From Lepidodermella squamata (taxonomy: Eukaryota > Animalia > Gastrotricha): a stretch of DNA of 64,000 nucleotides. Location: assembly GCA_047495785.1 (NCBI GenBank), contig JBLDXI010000015.1:1178001-1242000 (forward strand), written 5' to 3'. Made by a program: the position numbers and the translations under genes. Under the pieces are notes generated by a model. It was not told the DNA's origin. It was given only the letters and a program-made list of their open reading frames with translations, and searched no databases. Below, piece by piece: positions 25,008 to 36,125 of this stretch (positions are counted from its first letter, which is position 1; each line of letters begins with the position of its first letter).

Positions 25008-26720
25008 TTAATCCATAAATTTATCCACAAACGTTCCGTTACAATCAAAAATAAAAATCACAGCTTGAAAGTATACAGGGTAATTATCTGGGCTCTGGTT
25101 TGTTAACCTTAAATCCACAGCCTCAACGCTGAGCGAAGTCAAATTGTGGCAATCAATTTCCAAATTAACTGTCGCATTTTTCGACTCCATAGTTGCAAAA
25201 TCAACAGGAGCTGGTCTCGCATTGACTTCCCAGTGAAGAAAAATTCGGTTGTATGGAGCAGTTACGACAGTTCCATTGTTCAATGTGAAATTCGCTTCGA
25301 CGTTAAGTTCCCCTCTTGTTGAAAGGCTTTTCATTTCATGGGATATTGCTAGTTGAGGCAGTCGGCACTTCTCTTCAGCAGGGCAGTAAAGTGATTTTTG
25401 CTTGAAATCCATAAATTTGAAATTGATGACAGAATTATTGGTCGCTGGAAGCGGGTACAATGTGAAATAATCATTGGTCCACCAAGAATTTCTCTCAGTC
25501 ATCGATTCGTTAAACTGAATAGAATCTTTTAATCTCGTGCTATTCCTGAAAGTTTTCCCAAAAGTAGCAAAACATTCCGATTTGATACCAGTCATATTTG
25601 ATGGTCGAATTATCTCATCCGGGTAGAAACCTCGATCGATTAATTGCCGAATAGATCGTCGTATTGATTCGATTGCGAACTCACTCACCATCAAATGCGT
25701 CCACTCACTTGCATGCATGTTGTCTTTCGGAGATAGATACCATCCTTCCACGTGCATTGATTGCCAAGATTTCATCGGCGCGAAATCATTACAGAAAAAC
25801 GCTGCGGCTCGAACTGTGGTGACATTAGCCGCCTTTGCAAGTCTGAAGTGCGCGATTTTCTCGGGATCAGCAACCTCGCCACACTGTCGCTGGTCTGTTA
25901 AAAGATGGTACAGGGGGTGAAAGTCTACGTCGATGATATGAGCGTTTGATTGAACTTCAGCTAGCTTCTTCAACATTTCTGGGTAGCCTTGCTCGAATTC
26001 GAGGTCGTTCAAAGCGTTGTCGAGAAGTATGAGATCGAAGCTGTTGCGTTCTGCTAGCAGTTCATCGACACATAGCGCGAAGAAGAGGCTGGGCGTGCCG
26101 CCAACTGACCAGTTTTCGCAAATAACCAAAATTCCGTATGGTTTGAATGCTCTTTTGAACCAATCACAAATTCGCAAAAAGTATCCCTTTTCCTGGAAAA
26201 TGTCCGATTATTATCAAATGTCCGAAAATTATCAAAATTCAACTACTAAAATTACTGGTTCAACTGCTCTTGGAACAGATGTGGAGCCGCCCAACACGGC
26301 GATTTTGAAAATTTTCTGCTCATTGAAAAATGTGTTGAGCCATAGCGACTTTGGTGGATCGATGAGCCTGAGCAAAGCCCGATGCAATTTTGTCTGATCT
26401 CCGTAATGAGCGATTCCGCGGTCGTAAAACTGCTCATAAATAAAGCTGTACGGCTCACCAGCGAGATGTCGAAGAAAGGATGAAATTGTAGGTGAAAAAC
26501 GCTTCCTTAACACTGATTTCTTTGTCGTCGTTGTTGTAGCATGAAACGCAGTGGAAACATTTTTCTGTCGACTATTGGTGGTCGATCTCGAAGTTTCGAG
26601 TTTCAGCTCGAGCTCTCGCTTCTGATATAGGCCGATATTTAACAGCACCAGTATCGCTGAAGCAAAACATATTGATATGAAGGTACAGCAGCGAACGTTG
26701 CTAATGTAAGCTGCAAGCAT
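25008..26720 (-). CDS. Type II membrane SGNH/GDSL-hydrolase-fold protein, copy 1. Exons 26720-26256, 26192-25008
   Basis: N-terminal anchor and S/T-rich stem. SGNH blocks: KIAVLGGSTS (Ser), NWSVGGTPS (Gly), LLDNALND (Asn), DNMH (Asp/His). One 63-bp GT-AG intron. Confidence 0.82.
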
Positions 26721-26908
26721 TGGCACGAGCACCGCTCACTTTACATCTTCTAAACACTTTTAAAGCTTTAAACAAAAACATGCTGCAAGCTGCAATACAG
26801 GTATAAAGTAGAATATGTGTACTGTTAAATAGGCCTCGCGTTTCTTCACCCACATAATACATGACTACGAATAATAAGGGCTGAGAAATAAATCTTCTTT
26901 TATTCTAC

Positions 26909-28739
26909 TTAAATAAATTTAGGCGCAAACGAGTCATCACAATCAAAGATAAATACAATGGATTGAAAGTGTATGGGATATTTATCCCTGCTCAAATTAA
27001 TTAGCTTCAAATCAACACTGTCAATAAGCGGAGCATCTCTGCTGGCGCCACAATCGATCGTTGTATTGACGAACTGTTTCTTATCAGCCATTGTGGCAAT
27101 TTCGACCGGAGTTGGCCTCGCCGCCGTTTCGTATCGCAGATAAATTCTGTTATATGGCGAGGCGAAAGTCATTCCGTTAGATAGCTTGAACCTTGCCTGC
27201 ACGCGGAGAAGACCGTGCGATGATGCAATCTTCATCGCATGAGAAATTGCCAGTCGCGGCAGTTTACATTTCTTCTCTGCCGGGCAGTAAACAGATCTTT
27301 GCTTGAAACCGGTAAACTTAAAGGCTGCCACTGAATGACGTTTCATTGACATTGGGATGAAGTTGAAATAGTCGAGTTTTCGATTGTTACCAGCCATATC
27401 ATTACGGTCCCATTCTTTCGGTGAGATCTGTGTTGTTTCGTTGAGCTTGACAGCATTTTCAAGCCGTGTATTGTTGAGCTGTTGAGTATGAAATGACATG
27501 AAGCATTCTGAAGTAACAGCATTGGCTACGCTCCTTTGCTTCTCGATGAAGCCAGTTTCAATGAGTTGCCGCACCGATCGCCGGATCGATTCGATGGCAA
27601 ATTCGCTAACCATCAAGTGCGTGGCTTCGCTTGCGTGAAAATTGTCCTTTTTAGATAGATAGCGCGCTGAAATTCTATAACGTCTTCAATCGAGCTGAAT
27701 ATGTTGAACTACTTACTTTTTATATTTGAATCATCTCTTAACGGAGTCAAGTTGTTGCAGAGAAACGCCGTAATTTTAACAGTTGTGACGTCCAACGCCC
27801 TTGCCATGCGATAGTGTTCGCTTGATCCGGGATCGCCGACCTCCGAGCAATTTCGTTTAGAACGCATAAGGTCAAGAAGCGGCAGAAAATCAATATCGAT
27901 TATGTGAGCGTTCGGCTGTGCGACCGCAATTTTGTTGATAAGCTCAGGGTATCCTTTCTCGAACCTTTGATCGTCATTTAACGCGTTGTCGAGCAGGATG
28001 AAGTCAACGGAATTGCGCTTCGGCAGCAGTTCGTCGATGCATAGTGCGAAGAACACGCTTGGAGTGCCACCAATGGCCCAGTTTTCGCATTCTACTTCAA
28101 TGCCGAATGGGGACATCGTTTTCGATAGCCAGCCGCAAACGAGTGAAACGTAACCTTTTTCCTGCGCAGTAAGTTAATTTAGCTTTTTAGATTTAAGCCT
28201 CTCAGATAAAATGATGTTGCTGATTAAGCATCTCTATCCTACATTTGTCTAATTGACTAAGTTTGATTGATTTGTTTCATATTAAGGCGGGAGGAAGTTA
28301 ATTGCCGCGAGTGGCTCAACAAGTTGTTCTCTCTGGTTCCCGCCAATTTGAAATTTATGAAAGAAATCGCGAAAAAATTCCCAGTGAATTTTCAGAAAAT
28401 TACCGGTGGGATAGCGCGAGGTACAGATGTTGAACCGCCTAATATGGCCACTCTGAAGACTTTCGGCTGATTCTCCTCCATCGGTTCCACCAATCGTAAT
28501 AGCGACTTGTGTAGCTTTTCTTGGTTTCCAAAGTGAGCTATTCCTTGGTCGTAGAATTGCTGATAGACAGCGCTGTACGGCGATTGACTGGCATGGTTCA
28601 AAAATGACAAGGTCCGTCCTCCGGCATTTGGCTTTAATAATAAGCTAGAATATTGATATAAGTCGAAGTGCTGGGGCACTAAAAACAACGATAATGTGAC
28701 AGAGCCGGCTAGTGTGATGAAAACAGCGATATTTCTCAT
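26909..28739 (-). CDS. Type II membrane SGNH/GDSL-hydrolase-fold protein, copy 2. Exons 28739-28404, 28161-27717, 27666-26909
   Basis: VAILGGSTS, NWAIGGTPS, LLDNALND and, after splicing, YLSKKDNFH. Introns of 242 and 50 bp. Confidence 0.82.
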
Positions 28740-29364
28740 ATTTAAATCGCTCTAAACGTTAAACTTTACGAGAAAAGTGTTGCAAGCAATGATTACGGGC
28801 AAGGCCTAAAATGACTTTTGGAAAATAATGAGAAGAATCACCTCATTAAATGCTCGCGTTCTTTATTGTCCTAGCAAGAATTAGGTTCCGAAATTATTGT
28901 CCGTATGGCAAATTAGTGTGTAAAACTATATTTTTTTAAGGACTATGGTTAGACTATGGAGTGGGCTAATCAAAACTTGGCTGTTATAATAATTGACGAG
29001 AAGTAAATTATTTTAACGATTTTTTCAATGCGAACGATACACGTGATGATTAAAAGGGGAGGGGTCGAAACTGGATTAAAAACAATGTTTAATCTGTGTC
29101 CAAGCAAACAGAAGCGAGAAATAAACACATCAAGAAGTGAGCAGTTTTACCCAACCGCAAAAAGTAGAGCACCTAATTTAATCCGCTTGTTAGGTTTTTC
29201 CTACTTTGATAGCCAGGTGAATTTTTAGAAAATATTCGACAAAAGCAGAATTAAATACGAGTTCTTAAGCTATCGAATGCCGCTGTTTCCGAGTCCGGAT
29301 GATTTTACCTTGATTTATGGCATATTTTTTAGTCACTCGGACACCCGGCCCGGGAGCGGGGTGC

Positions 29365-29923
29365 CCTAATTTCGGCCACCTCATCCAGGTACACTAATAC
29401 CATAAGTTTGGTATCGTTAGATTTCTCTCAAAAAGCTGAATTTAAAAACCGCCTTTGTTGCTTTACCTGTGAGCTTTTCCTAGACGAAGTGATGCCTAAA
29501 ACTCTGGTGTTTATGATACCGGAGAGGAGTAAAATTTTGGCAGGTACAAGTTCAATAAAAAAATTTCTACCCAATGGCCTAACTGCGGTTGGCTTTCTAA
29601 AAATCTGGAAAATATCTAAAAATCCCATGCCTCCTGTAGAATGAGAGTGTTGGTTTTTTCCGCCGAATTCGACTCTACTATTGACTGCTGATTTTTGGAA
29701 TCGAACCCTCAAAAACCCTTAAACTGCTCCTCTGGATCTCTTCGCCTGGGCGGCTTTAGATTAGGCGTTTAGCTGGTAATTATTGAGGGGAGAGCAGTAA
29801 ATTTTGAAGAGCCAGTTACAGGCAAAATACCTGAAAAGGATTAACGATTTCGGAGGTAAAATTTTACAACTCAAACAACGCTGACCGCGCAGCAACCGAA
29901 ATTAGGAAGTGGCCGAAAGTAGG
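29365..29923. mobile_element. Non-autonomous TIR DNA element, 559 bp
   Basis: Imperfect TIRs CCTAATTTCGGCCAC (29365-29379) and GTGGCCGAAAGTAGG (29909-29923), flanked by the direct repeat GCGGGGTGC at 29356-29364 and 29924-29932. Confidence 0.6.
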
Positions 29924-29950
29924 GCGGGGTGCTCTATAAGTTGCACCTAA

Positions 29951-30108
29951 AACTTTTTCGATTTTTTATTATTTTGCTAAAATTCCCAGAGAAATTACAT
30001 CGTAATAGTGATACTTATAGCTAATATATAAGAATTAGCTAAAATCATCACTATTCTGATTTAATTTCTCTGGGAATTTTAGCAAAATAATAAAAAATCG
30101 AAAAAGTT
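29951..30108. repeat. AT-rich palindrome with perfect 47-bp arms
   Basis: 29951-29997 is the exact reverse complement of 30062-30108. The interior also pairs partly (AATAGTGAT/ATCACTATT, TAGCTAAT/ATTAGCTA). Confidence 0.85.
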
Positions 30109-30593
30109 ACAACGGGCGGATTGTGAGATAAGTAAAAAAATTTAAAGGTCGCGTGCCCACTTTTCGCGTTTTTGTGTGAATTTTACTATAGGGTAACTAT
30201 AGGTACTAAAGGGTGAATTTTTTACTATAAGGGATGGTATTATAAGTAATAATACGTATAATATTATTTACTATACTATCACGATGTAACATTTCAGAAT
30301 ATTCGTGTATACAAAATGCCACCAGTCTCTCTGTGGGACAGGTTGTCATAGATTTTCTTTGATAATTAGAAATCATACCTATATATAAAAGATACGGGAG
30401 AAATCGATTAAAAACTCCAAGCAGGTTGAAGCTGAAGTACTGAACTGAATGAGAAGAGCATGTTATTGCCTGCAGGCTGTTTCGACTTATTGTTTACGAT
30501 ACTTGACCTTATTACTCCTTGAAAAACATCATTACAAAATGATTTACCCATTTTTAATTTATTGAGAGTCATTCGATGAAAAGCGATAATTGA

Positions 30594-31214
30594 TTATGAA
30601 TTTGAAATTTTTGTTGAATTGTACTCGATTTTCAGTCCGTCAAGCGGCCGTTCTCGATTGTCGATGCCACAGCAGTAATCGTAATTAACACAGCACCAAT
30701 CGTCGCTAGCCCCGGATCGTGGCCAAATAATTCGAAATCGCTCGAATTCTGTCGAGTTCCAACCAGAAGCTGGAAGGCACTCATTCTCCTCGATCTCCTG
30801 AGATTGAACAATGGCATAACAACAGCCGCAGCATCGCCCTTTCACCAGCCCACTCGGGCAGAATGAGCGATATTGGCATGAGCATTGCGGTTGAGGCATA
30901 ACTGTGGTTGGAGGTTGGTAAACCTGAACAGTTGGTCGTAAAGACGACGTTGTTGCATTTGTTGAATTTGAACCGTTGCGCCTCTTCGGCATGTGATGAT
31001 CGTGATCGTGGCGAAGAGAAATTATAGAAAAAATTGCGACCATGCCTAAGATAATTAAGAAGCCACACGCCTTGCCAGCGATGCGAACAATTTTTTCGCG
31101 GTTACATTCTTGGAAAAAACCAAGAGCGGCGTTGCTTCTTCGGCGACTCCGGAGACTGTCGTTATCGTAAGCTACTGTCGGTCGCCTCTGGTCCATGAAA
31201 TCAGGGGTATCCAT
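30594..31214 (-). CDS. Orphan single-pass (type II-like) membrane protein with a 12-Cys ectodomain, 206 aa
   Basis: Single-exon ATG ORF with TM ACGFLIILGMVAIFSIISL, then HDHDHH, KRR, an N-glycosylatable T/S/P stalk and CSC...C...CCGCC...C...WCC...YCC. Confidence 0.65.
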   Translation of the reverse strand: MDTPDFMDQRRPTVAYDNDSLRSRRRSNAALGFFQECNREKIVRIAGKACGFLIILGMVAIFSIISLRHDHDHHMPKRRNGSNSTNATTSSLRPTVQVYQPPTTVMPQPQCSCQYRSFCPSGLVKGRCCGCCYAIVQSQEIEENECLPASGWNSTEFERFRIIWPRSGASDDWCCVNYDYCCGIDNRERPLDGLKIEYNSTKISNS

Positions 31215-33253
31215 AACAGAGAGCAGGAAATGTTTTGTTTTTTGTACGAGAGCGTGTACTGATCAATTGTTTTAGTTCAACGAACGCTGTTTACAGCAAG
31301 GCAGCGTATTTAACGCAGATTGCTGACATTTCTCAACACATAAGGCCTCAACAGCGCACACTCGTTATCATATGAAGCTCATATGTAAGAGCTTGCCGTA
31401 ATTCAACTGGAGAACGGGATGCGCGATTTTTTGTGAGCAGACGCAGAGTTAAATGCAATAGCTGAATGTTAATATTTCATTCGCTGTAAGAAATCCTTAC
31501 GCCACTAAAGGCTAAATTCAGGATTGGAATATCGACTAAAAAATATTACGCCAAGTTAGCTTCAATAGTCGACCATTTTTGGCTACGGTAGGCTTAAGAA
31601 ATTCAGAATTTTGGATCAGGAATCTAAAATGACATGAAATCGGTCCGGGAGGAGACCTAAAATGTCTTCCCGTAGGCTTCAGGCTCATCGGAAATTTTGA
31701 AAATTTTTGAATAAGCATAAGGATCCCCTTCAGAATTTTATTTTGGCTTGGAATGGTATCTACTGCCCCTCCCCCTCGGAACACTGACCAATCAAGAACT
31801 GTTAAGCGAATCGGAAAATCTTTCCAGTGGCAGATACATTCGATCGAGTCAAGAAAAAAATCGGTGGACTGAGTTGACTGAGATTTCCATCTTTCGCCTG
31901 TCTTCGCCCTTTTCATTTCAAAATCGACAATGCCGCATTACCCAGCGACAATTCAGCCCTAATTACTCCCAATGCCTTATTTTTCTGAAATATACTTACA
32001 TCGAGATTGAGATTTAACCAGCAATCAACCCTGGGCTACTATTAAAATAAATTTGAAAATTTGAAAAATAAATAGTTAAAATTACGCGTAATTTTTACCA
32101 TATATACCTGAGTTATTTTCAATTTCGAGCTAATTTTCCCTCATCCCTCAAAACTTAATTGTACCTGATAGCAAGCGATCGGCTATTTTTTTAATTTTTT
32201 AACAAGAAATTGAAATAAAACACGGACATTTTTCAATTTTTTTTAATTTTTCAAATACAATTAATCCAATTTCTTTATTCGATTTTTTTTCATTTTCTCT
32301 TATTTTAGGAAAGAAAACGTCATTTTTCGTCATTTTCGAAAAAAATGTGAATGAAACGCCATAATAGCCAAATAACGTCATTTTTGAATAATTTTACGAA
32401 TTTTAGTCGCCAAAGTATGGATTATTCTGAATTTTATCTGATTTTACCCTGAATTTACTGGTGTTTTTTGTATAATTCTTTTGCTCAATCTTGACCCGCA
32501 AGAAATATTCAAAAAGTCATTTCAGGCTACCAGAAAATTCCAAAATTTGGTTCCGCTATACTGCACATTTGGTCCCGCTTGCCGTATATTTGGTTCCGGT
32601 AAAAGGACGACCCTTTTTCATTGTTCTTTTCTTTTCGTATAAGAACTTTTTACTCGGGCTATAGGTATCAGACTAATAAGTATAGGAACATGAATTATGA
32701 ATAGGAATATTTACGACGATCCGGATCGAGGTCGGCGTCGTAATGTTATTTTCGGGTTAATTTTTTGCAAACCTTCTTTCTACCATTCTACGCCATTTTC
32801 CATATTCTACCACCTCTCGGCCATCCAAAATGCTGAATTATTTTCATTTTCATTTTAAGGTGGAAACTCGAGAAAGTTTAACCGACCGAATATTCACACA
32901 GACGTGAAGCGATGCTAACATAGTATTTATTTCCATTTCGATATTCAAGGGAATATAATAAACTTCCAATTTTTTCGCTCTTCAGTCAAAATAGTTTGCT
33001 TTGTGTACGCTATCCGGTAGAATCCGGTTTGAAATTCAATGGATTTAAGAAAATTAGCTAACTCATTCATTGCGGAGAGGGAGAGGCATTTTTTATTATT
33101 TATCCTTACAATTAACCATTCTGCGCGCTGATTCATGCCAACAGGGCTTATCGCTATCGCGATGAGTCATCGCACTAAACTATTTCTTTTGGTATATGCA
33201 TGCTACACTATCACAAATGGCTGATGCAATTCTAAGTCATTGCGAAATTTCCA

Positions 33254-33281
33254 TATAAAACGAAGGTGAAAAACATCATTC
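33254..33281 (+). promoter_or_regulatory. Putative TATA box and initiator of the dioxygenase gene
   Basis: TATAAAA at 33254-33260 and an Inr-like TCATTC at 33276, about 80 and 60 bp before ATG 33340. Confidence 0.4.
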
Positions 33282-33339
33282 TCATTCACAACTTCATTCT
33301 TCTTTGTATAAAATAATTGCTAAAATTAATCATCATAAA

Positions 33340-34398
33340 ATGGCTAATCGAAACTTAGGAACGCCATACACGACCGTCACGCCGTTGGCTGATGTACACA
33401 AGGTTCTTGCTGAGCAAGGATTCGCAATCGTCAAGGAGCATTCACTTTCAGAGGAATTCTGCAAGGCGGCAAATGACGAAGTTTGGCAGGCTATCGAGGC
33501 AATTATCGTCTCTCCAGAATCCGCAAAGGTTGATCGAACGAAGCCAAAGACCTACGAGAACTTCTTCAAATTAGGGCCACTTCACAGCATGATGCTTCAG
33601 CATTTAGGATTTGCTCACCTGCCGACTGACTGGGCGGCCCGTGAAGCTGCGGCTCCTATTTTTGCTCACCTATGGAATGTCCCAGTTACTGACCTGGTGA
33701 CTTCAATGGATGCAATATCCTTCAACATTGCACCGGAAAATTTCAACCCTAAACGTGGTCATTTCTCGGCTAATAGAAAGCTATGGTGGCATACAGACCA
33801 GCGTTTGATCAACTCCCAGCCAAAGTGCATTCAAGGGTTCTACAATCTCAACGAGTGTGGCCCGGACGATGGTTGCCTCTCCGTGTTGGAAGGTTCTCAC
33901 AAGTACCACTCGGAATTGAGGCCGAAGTTCCACGCCGAGACTCACGATGCTCATTTTTCAGTGGTTTCTGATTGGCATCGCCTAAGCGATGACGAATATG
34001 CCTTCATTGCGCAAGAAAAGGGCTGCAAGTGGCGATTCGTTTGCCCACCGAAAGGGGCGTTTGTTATATGGGATAGCCGTACCATCCACATGGGGACTGA
34101 GCCTCGCCTGCCGCGCGAGGAGCCTCGAAATCGGTTGGTCTATTACGTCTGCATGTTTCCAAAATACGCGACGGCCAATGAAGGCTACTCCTGCACTGGG
34201 ATAAGTCCGAGAGACAAGGCGATGCGAATTCAAGCCTTCAATGAGCATCGTACGACAACTCATTATCCTTACCCGGTCAAGCTATTCGATAAATTACCGC
34301 GGCACATGTCGCAGGATATCAAGATCGATCAAAGCCGAATACCAAGAATGACACTTGAAAATATGACGCGTTTGCAATCTTCGCTTTTAGGCGTATAG
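33340..34398 (+). CDS. Phytanoyl-CoA dioxygenase (PhyH)-like Fe(II)/2-oxoglutarate dioxygenase, intronless, 352 aa
   Basis: HxD motif WWHTDQ, IQGFYNL...DGCLSVLEGSH, distal His in WDSRTIHMG and an Arg-bearing RNRLVYYVCM strand. AATAAA follows the stop. Confidence 0.85.
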   Translation: MANRNLGTPYTTVTPLADVHKVLAEQGFAIVKEHSLSEEFCKAANDEVWQAIEAIIVSPESAKVDRTKPKTYENFFKLGPLHSMMLQHLGFAHLPTDWAAREAAAPIFAHLWNVPVTDLVTSMDAISFNIAPENFNPKRGHFSANRKLWWHTDQRLINSQPKCIQGFYNLNECGPDDGCLSVLEGSHKYHSELRPKFHAETHDAHFSVVSDWHRLSDDEYAFIAQEKGCKWRFVCPPKGAFVIWDSRTIHMGTEPRLPREEPRNRLVYYVCMFPKYATANEGYSCTGISPRDKAMRIQAFNEHRTTTHYPYPVKLFDKLPRHMSQDIKIDQSRIPRMTLENMTRLQSSLLGV

Positions 34399-34966
34399 GA
34401 GGCACTATAGAGCAAAATAAAAAAAATTTCAGATATTTGTAGTTACGATTATTTAACGCTGATTATTTTCACAAAATAACATGCATTTACTTTCACAGTG
34501 CACGAGGGGTTCGACACTGAAAAATTGTTAATATACAGAGAATAATTATAAATGGATTCAAGAGAACTGTCACGATTCCCAATTAACCAAATTTCAGCTC
34601 GCTGGAATAGTCCCACAGTCTGGTCACAGGCGGGATCGAGGCGCTTCTCTGCTAATTCGCTGATGATTTTTTGTGAAAGATGACTTCCTCATGCCAAGTA
34701 CAGGTTGCTGCACTTCTAGTTCATATTTGGGGCTAAGTAACCGTTTTGAAAAGTCGAAGTAACCGTTTGCAGTTTATTCAAACCAGGAAGGGTGACATAC
34801 CAAAAACTAAAGATGAAAGATGAAGAATAATGTAAGAGATAGTTAAAGGCGGCCGTCCATTGTAGCTGACTCGAAAAATGAAATGTGTCAGTTGCATGGC
34901 AAAGCTGGTCGAAGAAGTCAAAATTAGCGAATTCCAGAAAAAGTGGAACTAAAAAGCTGAAATTGC

Positions 34967-35824
34967 TTATGCAGAGGCGGCGGTGGTGGGCTTCTTGTGG
35001 TTACGAGCCTTGGCAGAGCCAGAGCAAGAGCCAGACTGAGCCTGTTGCTGCTGACGAGACTTGGGAGCGGCAGAGCCGGAGCCAGACTGACCCTGCTGCT
35101 GACGGGACTTGGCGGCGGCGGAGCCAGACTGCTTCTGCTGGCGAGACTTGGGGGCAGCGGAGCCAGAGCCGGACTGAGCCTGCTGCTGCTGACGAGACTT
35201 GGGGGCAGCGGAGCCAGAGCCGGACTGAGCCTGCTGCTGCTGACGAGACTTGGGTGCGGCAGAGCCGGAGCCAGACTGACCCTGCTGCTGACGGGACTTG
35301 GCGGCAGCGGATCCAGACTGCTTCTGCTGGCGAGACTTGGGGGCAGCGGAGCCAGAGCCGGACTGAGCCTGCTGCTGCTGACGAGACTTGGGGGCAGCGG
35401 AGCCAGAGCCGGACTGAGCCTGCTGCTGCTGACGAGACTTGGGTGCGGCAGAGCCGGAGCCAGACTGACCCTGCTGCTGACGGGACTTGGCGGCAGCGGA
35501 TCCAGACTGCTTCTGCTGACGAGACTTGGGAGCGGCAGAGCCGGAGCCAGACTGACCCTGTTGCTGCTGACGAGATGTGGCGGCAGCGCCAGACTGCTGC
35601 TGACGGGCTTCAGCTTCTTCCGCAGAGTCTTCTTCCTCGGAGGATTCCTCGGAGTCGGAGTGCTCGTGGGAGTGCTCGTGGGAGTCAGAACCATGAGGAG
35701 GGGGAGGAGGAGGTCCGCGGGGTTGGCGGGCAACAGGGCCAGAGCCAGAGGCAGGGGGAGGACCCTGAGGAGCGGCCAAGACGGCGGCAACGAGAGCAGC
35801 AACCAAAGCGATGCGGACGAACAT
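34967..35824 (-). CDS. Secreted low-complexity repeat protein, copy 1 (285 aa)
   Basis: Signal peptide MFVRIALVAALVAAVLA, poly-Pro, a His/Ser/Glu block, then SRQQQ(G/A)QSGSGSAAPK-type repeats. Start, C-terminus and stop are conserved in all three copies. Confidence 0.85.
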   Translation of the reverse strand: MFVRIALVAALVAAVLAAPQGPPPASGSGPVARQPRGPPPPPPHGSDSHEHSHEHSDSEESSEEEDSAEEAEARQQQSGAAATSRQQQQGQSGSGSAAPKSRQQKQSGSAAAKSRQQQGQSGSGSAAPKSRQQQQAQSGSGSAAPKSRQQQQAQSGSGSAAPKSRQQKQSGSAAAKSRQQQGQSGSGSAAPKSRQQQQAQSGSGSAAPKSRQQQQAQSGSGSAAPKSRQQKQSGSAAAKSRQQQGQSGSGSAAPKSRQQQQAQSGSCSGSAKARNHKKPTTAASA

Positions 35825-36125
35825 TTTTAGTTTTTAGTTTTTAGTAAACTAAGTAGATTAAAAGGATAAGAAGCCGAAGGATAGTTGTGATTTTAGCTCT
35901 GAATTTCGCCTGCTTTTATGGCCAATTCCTTACGTGGGATGAGCGTTTCAGCTGCCTTCCCCCGTACTCGCGTGTTTGTTCCGTAAGAAAAAACAATCGG
36001 GTCGGTTTTGGTGCAATTTCACGAGCTGGCAGTTGTTTTACTACGACAGCTGATATTTTGGGCATGTTAGATGCCGATATCTTGTAAATGAATCACGCAT
36101 GGTTCACGTGCATATCACGGCCGCG
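35825..36125 (-). promoter_or_regulatory. Conserved promoter of the secreted repeat genes (also at about 39787-40065 and 47307-47585)
   Basis: The 5' flank is nearly identical in the three copies, with TATA-like CATAAAA (minus strand 35920-35914) about 90 bp above the ATG and a conserved GGTTCACGTGCATATCACGGCCG block containing an E-box. Confidence 0.55.

Noticed and set aside
34990-35600. CRISPR-like appearance of the regularly spaced repeats
   Set aside because: There are no unique spacers and no cas genes, unit lengths are multiples of three and coding, and the context is eukaryotic.
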